A stretch of 29,022 nt of DNA from Promethearchaeota archaeon (GTDB lineage: Archaea; Asgardarchaeota; Lokiarchaeia; Sigyniarchaeales; SOKP01), in the NCBI GenBank assembly GCA_019057865.1, contig JAHLWP010000042.1, positions 1-29,022 of the forward strand, written 5' to 3'. Each line of letters opens with the position of its first letter. Position 1 is the stretch's first letter. The notes beneath the pieces were generated by a model that was not told the DNA's origin, ran no database searches, and was given only the letters and a program-made list of their open reading frames with translations. Below are positions 26,317 through 29,022 of the stretch, piece after piece. The translations under genes were made by a program, and so were the position numbers.

Positions 26317-26332
26317 AAAAATCTTTTTATAC
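26317..26332 (+). promoter_or_regulatory. Candidate BRE-TATA promoter for the HAD-plsC cluster
   Basis: AAAAATC-TTTTTATAC about 90 nt upstream of the HAD start. Confidence 0.3.
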
Positions 26333-26423
26333 AATAGATGAATATTTGAATAAATAACTGGATATCAAAACATTACTTTATTAAATTTTTCAACCATTTT
26401 TAATAAATCAATCATTTAATATC

Positions 26424-27212
26424 ATGAATAACGGGAATCAATTAATAAATCATCTTCGATCTGGGTCTCTTCGTGGAATCATTTTTGATTTCGATGGAAC
26501 TCTACTCGATGTTAGAGAACCTCTTGAAAAGTCAATAAATGAAGTCTTTACTTATTATAAGGTTGATGTTGATATGGATACTACTTTTCAAGAGATAGGT
26601 GCATTGTTAGAAACCATTCAAGGGTATCCACTCCCTAAAGTCTTATTAGAGTCTTATGAGATATTTAAACACATTACTGCACTTGAAGGTATAACTTATT
26701 TCAAACAATTGAGAATAGCAATCAAAACTTTCTCAAAATATTTAGAATATTCTAAAGATGCTACCTTATATCCCGGAGTAAAACCAATATTGAAAAAATT
26801 TAAAAAATCTAGTGATCTTTATATTGTATCCCATAATAAAACAGAAACTATTATGAATCACTTGGAGAATGAAGGAATAGATAAATTCTTTAAAGGTGTA
26901 TATGGGAGCGATAAAATTCCTGTTCAGAAACCAGATCCAATGGCACTTCAACCACCTATTGAAAATTATGAAACACGAAAGAGAAATGAATTTTTAATGA
27001 TTGGCGATATGCCATCAGATATTATGGCTGGTCGAGAAGCTGGTTTTTGGACAATTGGAATTTCAAGTGGGGTAAGTAAAAAAGAGATTCTGGCTGAACA
27101 AAGACCAGATTTATTAATTAATTCATTAGATGATTTATTAAAATTAGTTGAGAAAAAAACAATATCAGAATCGAATATTAAAAAATCTATAAAGATAAAA
27201 TCTGAGGAGTAG
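26424..27212 (+). CDS. HAD-superfamily phosphatase (subfamily IA, Gph-like)
   Basis: Motif I IFDFDGTL, II VSHN, III KPDP, IV IGDMPSD. Confidence 0.92.
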   Translation: MNNGNQLINHLRSGSLRGIIFDFDGTLLDVREPLEKSINEVFTYYKVDVDMDTTFQEIGALLETIQGYPLPKVLLESYEIFKHITALEGITYFKQLRIAIKTFSKYLEYSKDATLYPGVKPILKKFKKSSDLYIVSHNKTETIMNHLENEGIDKFFKGVYGSDKIPVQKPDPMALQPPIENYETRKRNEFLMIGDMPSDIMAGREAGFWTIGISSGVSKKEILAEQRPDLLINSLDDLLKLVEKKTISESNIKKSIKIKSEE

Positions 27213-27218
27213 AAATTT

Positions 27219-28883
27219 ATGCAACTTGAAAAGAAAGGATATCAAATAGCAGAAGAGCTTGAACGAAAGAAATCCACTGAACATAAGATGCAAGAAGAGC
27301 TAAAGTACCAAAAGCGCCATCAAGATTGGACTTATAAAATTATGAAATTCAACCCAATCGACCCTTTGAATGACCTTTATCGGTACATCATCAAAAGGCT
27401 AGATTTGAAGAAAATTGAAGGACGACTCCAATGGTGGGCTGCGTATATTTATATAAAACAAGCTGCCCGTATGTTCTGGAACTTCAAAGCAGAATATCCG
27501 AAGGGGAACATATTTCCAGAATATGGTCCGGGCATTCTCGTCGCCAATCACGAGTCACACATCGATCCCTTCTTCTATGGGGCCGCTTGCCATCGCCGTA
27601 TCCGCTACATGAGCAAGTTGGACAATTTTAAGACCCCCATAGTCAGAACGCTCTTCAATAATCTTGGAGCTTTCAAAGTAGACCGTGAAAATCCCGATCG
27701 GGCATGGGAAAAAGCAAAGGAAATTATCCGAGGAGGAGAATGGGTTGGAATATTTCCTGAAGGTACTCGTAGTACTGAGGAAAATGGATTTGCCTTAGGT
27801 GAATTCAAAACTGGTGCTGTTAGACTGGCAATTGAAATGGATGTACCAATCGTTCCGATGGCTGTAGTTGGTTCAAGGAATGCTTTATCTAAAGGTAAAC
27901 TAGTTATGAAACCAACTCAAGTAATTGTAAGAGTAGCCGATCCAATTTATTATCATGATTATGATATTAATATGATATCATATGAAGATATAAGAAGGTT
28001 AACTGATGAGTTAAGAACCATAATCTTTGAGCTACGTGAAGGTACTTATGGGAAAACAGAGGAAGAACTTTCAATAGGTTCACTTGAAGATGTTGAGAAA
28101 GAGCCAAAATTTAATTTTAAGACTTATTTAAAAGATATGGGAAAGGGAGTATTACAACTCATAGATGATTCATGGTATGTTCTTTTGAGAAGTCTAGAAG
28201 TGTTTGGCTTACGAGAACAATTTCAAAAGATTGTACAATGTTTCTCAGGAGATTTAGTTTGTGGTTGGTCTGACCTTATGATGCCGTATAAAGTAATCGA
28301 CTTTGAAAAATACATCCCACAAGAAGGTGCTGCGCTTATATGTCCAAGTCATAATTCAGAATGGGATGTACTTTTACTGGCTGCAAGTATGATACATCAT
28401 CCACCAAGGCGAGTAATGTGGCAGATGGCAAAACAATCGTTATTTAAAATTCCACTCGTTAACGCCTGGGTAAGAAATCATCATGCATTTCCCTTAAAAC
28501 GGGGAGAGCATGATGTAGATTCATTTAATTTTGCTAAAGAACTTCTTTCTTCAGGAGAAATTGTATGCACTTATCCTGAAGGAACTACTAATCTTGGAGG
28601 TGGTGAACTTTTAGAAGGTCACACTGGTCCCATGCGATTGGCAATAGAAACACAAGTACCTATAATCCCAGTTGGTATAACAGGGACAGAAACTACATAT
28701 CCTAAACATGCGAAAATGCTGAAATTTTACAAAGGTCAAATAATAAAAGCAGGGCCACCATTTATGGAACATCAACAGTATTGGGGTAAGCCAGTACCGG
28801 ATTATGATGAACTTAAACGATTAACTGACAACATGATGGATAGGATCCGAGATTTACTTGTATACGATACGCCTGATACGTGA
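27219..28883 (+). CDS. plsC: Tandem two-domain PlsC-family (lysophospholipid/glycerolipid) acyltransferase
   Basis: Domain 1: NHESHID (HX4D), GAFKVDR, FPEGTRS, VPIVP. Domain 2: SHNSEWD (HX4D), AFPLKRG, YPEGTT, VPIIPVGI. GAGGAG SD. Confidence 0.92.
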   Translation: MQLEKKGYQIAEELERKKSTEHKMQEELKYQKRHQDWTYKIMKFNPIDPLNDLYRYIIKRLDLKKIEGRLQWWAAYIYIKQAARMFWNFKAEYPKGNIFPEYGPGILVANHESHIDPFFYGAACHRRIRYMSKLDNFKTPIVRTLFNNLGAFKVDRENPDRAWEKAKEIIRGGEWVGIFPEGTRSTEENGFALGEFKTGAVRLAIEMDVPIVPMAVVGSRNALSKGKLVMKPTQVIVRVADPIYYHDYDINMISYEDIRRLTDELRTIIFELREGTYGKTEEELSIGSLEDVEKEPKFNFKTYLKDMGKGVLQLIDDSWYVLLRSLEVFGLREQFQKIVQCFSGDLVCGWSDLMMPYKVIDFEKYIPQEGAALICPSHNSEWDVLLLAASMIHHPPRRVMWQMAKQSLFKIPLVNAWVRNHHAFPLKRGEHDVDSFNFAKELLSSGEIVCTYPEGTTNLGGGELLEGHTGPMRLAIETQVPIIPVGITGTETTYPKHAKMLKFYKGQIIKAGPPFMEHQQYWGKPVPDYDELKRLTDNMMDRIRDLLVYDTPDT

Positions 28884-28904
28884 AAATTCTGAGGAATTTT
28901 TGAA

Positions 28905-29022
28905 ATGGAAACAAGCGAGCAAACAACTAAAAAAAAGATAAAAGTTGGAATACCAAGAGCCCTTCACTTTTATAGGTATTATCCTTTTTGGAAAAAGCTA
29001 CTTGAAGAATTAGATGTAGAAA
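28905..29022 (+). CDS. 5' part of a DUF2229 / acyl-CoA dehydratase activase-related protein, truncated by the window end
   Basis: Not in the ORF track. ATG at 28905 with GAGGA SD translates METSEQTTKKKIKVGIPRALHFYRYYPFWKKLLEELDVE, matching the KVGIPRAL..Y..YPFW signature. Confidence 0.75.
   Translation, partial: METSEQTTKKKIKVGIPRALHFYRYYPFWKKLLEELDVE

Noticed and set aside
25242-27808. Overlapping ORFs at 25242, 25535, 25860, 26766, 27431 and 27605
   Set aside because: Explained by repeat structure or the local high-GC patch, which lowers stop frequency; no motif support.
28881-28907. plsC and the DUF2229 gene are also in frame (possible TGA readthrough)
   Set aside because: Two TGA codons intervene, there is no selenocysteine context and a separate SD is present.
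1-29022. tRNA, rRNA, transposase, integrase or provirus genes
   Set aside because: Intergenic regions are short and AT-rich with no cloverleaf or rRNA-like segment, and no ORF shows recombinase, transposase or virion motifs.

Overview
AT-rich, gene-dense chromosomal window, almost certainly from an Asgard archaeon of the Lokiarchaeia type. Evidence: two Rab-like GTPases, a longin-Arf-like GTPase fusion, a Loki-CTERM-anchored FG-GAP propeller, an archaeal MCT-1/PUA protein, GAGG(T) Shine-Dalgarno sites and BRE/TATA-like promoters. It holds about 26 genes: an interrupted acyl-CoA dehydrogenase, a MacB/FtsX-type ABC system with two ATPases, a phosphohexomutase, a 2H phosphoesterase, an ASST-like propeller, tryptophanase, FadD, an MFS transporter, SlyD, TIGR04076, DUF998, and a HAD-(PlsC)2-DUF2229 cluster running off the right edge. 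No rRNA, tRNA, CRISPR array, transposase or integrase was seen. Main observations: (1) a 44-nt insert with a 7-bp direct repeat, enclosed by a perfect 9-bp inverted repeat, splits the acyl-CoA dehydrogenase just after its probable catalytic Glu, and removing it restores a 419-aa frame; (2) a putative bacterial-type acyl/ether-lipid operon (HAD phosphatase, tandem PlsC, PlsA/Ger-type DUF2229 protein), with HAD and PlsC in frame across one amber codon; (3) a 1401-aa permease with nested extracellular domains. All family calls come from motif reading by eye, not from database searches.
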